This document shows positions 23,351 to 24,000 of a stretch of DNA of 24,000 nt, piece by piece. This DNA comes from Pelotomaculum sp. PtaU1.Bin035 (lineage in GTDB: Bacteria > Bacillota > Desulfotomaculia > Desulfotomaculales > Pelotomaculaceae), in assembly GCA_002067965.1 (NCBI GenBank), contig MVRN01000038.1, forward strand, positions 1-24,000, written 5' to 3'. The position numbers and the translations under genes were made by a program. Every line of letters starts with the position of its first letter. The first letter of the stretch is position 1. The notes under the pieces were generated by a model that was not told the origin of the DNA, made no database searches, and saw nothing but the letters and a program-made list of their open reading frames with translations.

Positions 23351-24000
23351 TTGTCTTATAAATATTTTGTAAAACAATTCACGATAATTATTATCTTTTT
23401 TTTAATTTTTCATATAATTATTTATGGATTTACAAGGGAAGCCCTTTCGTTGCCGGATAAGTTTATAAAGAGATCGATATATACGGGCAGACATGAGCCG
23501 CTACAACATGTCGAAGTAACGGCATTCGGCGATTTGGCGCGACTTTCATATCTGTACCGGTTGGGGGTCCGCCGCGAAGTTGTTGACACCTCGGACGAAA
23601 AAGGTTTTTTAAATAAAAAATACGGTGAAAATTTAGTATATCCCGTTCTGACGGTTGGAGACTCCTTTATGCTTTGCAATGGTGATGACGGACGTTTTCC
23701 AATACTGTTGCAAAACCAATTAAATACCAACTGTTACAATGCGGCAGCCAATGGTGTCCAGGATCCTTTTTCTTTTTTACAGAGTGATCTGATAAAAAAT
23801 ACAAAAGTCCTGGTTTGGGAATCTGTTGAAAGGAATATCAGCAGCGATAGTTTTAATGTGGGAAAAATTGATTTTTATTATACGGAATCAAAGAAGAAAA
23901 ATGATTATGTGGAAAACTGGGACAGGAAAAAAACTTATCGCAAACAACTGGAAGTGGTGAACTCTTCTAATATCAAATTCCTGGTAAATAATCTATGGTA
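23351..24000 (+). CDS. Partial (3'-incomplete) membrane-anchored partner of the MBOAT, SGNH/AlgX/AlgJ/DltD-like (not in ORF track)
   Basis: By hand translation the frame is open from 23297 to the window end with no stop. A TTG at 23351 follows AAGGGTGAG. The product reads (M)SYKYFVKQFTIIIIFFLIFHIIIYGF...YPVLTVGDSFMLCNGDDG...VLVWESVERN. It has an N-terminal TM anchor and a GDS-type block I motif. Its position right after an MBOAT gene is the standard pairing. The listed minus-strand ORF 23422..23730 is its antisense shadow. Confidence 0.6.
   Translation, partial: MSYKYFVKQFTIIIIFFLIFHIIIYGFTREALSLPDKFIKRSIYTGRHEPLQHVEVTAFGDLARLSYLYRLGVRREVVDTSDEKGFLNKKYGENLVYPVLTVGDSFMLCNGDDGRFPILLQNQLNTNCYNAAANGVQDPFSFLQSDLIKNTKVLVWESVERNISSDSFNVGKIDFYYTESKKKNDYVENWDRKKTYRKQLEVVNSSNIKFLVNNLW

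Noticed and set aside
23422-23730. Listed minus-strand ORF of 102 aa.
   Set aside because: It is antisense to a longer plus-strand frame that stays open to the window end. That frame has an SD-linked start, a TM anchor and a GDS motif, and sits in the expected position after the MBOAT gene.

Overview
This 24-kb window looks like a Gram-positive, spore-forming Clostridia-type genome. The signs are GGAGG-type Shine-Dalgarno (SD) sites, many GTG/TTG starts, a split CpsC/CpsD-type chain-length-regulator and tyrosine-kinase pair, and a YjcZ-like tiny gene. Layout: (1) 1-1840 is a patch of gene debris. It holds an ECF sigma-factor gene split into two pieces that face each other, the first ~104 codons of a Zn-alcohol dehydrogenase, an intact YtrA/GntR regulator with promoter and palindromic operator, its partner ABC ATPase cut after 29 codons, and another truncated, frameshifted gene. 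(2) 1948-7863 (minus strand) holds an OmpR-type response regulator and histidine kinase, then a MacA/MacB-type efflux operon (HlyD adaptor, ATPase, FtsX permease). A pho-box-like direct-repeat site sits in the efflux promoter. (3) 8153-9443 is a YedE/YedF (YeeE/TusA-like) sulfur or selenium carrier pair. (4) 9444-10920 is a markedly AT-rich islet with an unknown 113-aa membrane protein, an unlisted 38-aa tiny transmembrane (TM) gene and a DEDDh 3'-5' exonuclease. (5) 10943-19624 (minus strand) is a ten-gene exopolysaccharide (EPS) locus: SH3b membrane protein, Wzz/CpsC, CpsD-type BY-kinase, two GT4 glycosyltransferases, methyltransferase, DUF218, FemAB-like transferase, priming sugar transferase and epimerase. 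(6) 19811-21883 holds two tandem paralogous double-rhodanese lipoproteins. (7) 21957-24000 holds an MBOAT O-acyltransferase and an unlisted SGNH/AlgX-like partner running off the window. I saw no rRNA, tRNA, CRISPR array, transposase or integrase. The most unusual points are: the BY-kinase has lost its Walker A lysine yet keeps its tyrosine cluster, and carries a G9 tract in the P-loop codons (the epimerase has a G8 tract); one rhodanese paralogue has Ser in place of the catalytic Cys; two related GTCAG-rich hairpin elements sit between EPS genes; and the sigma gene is split and inverted. I cannot show from sequence alone that any of these is a new system; they are ranked hypotheses.
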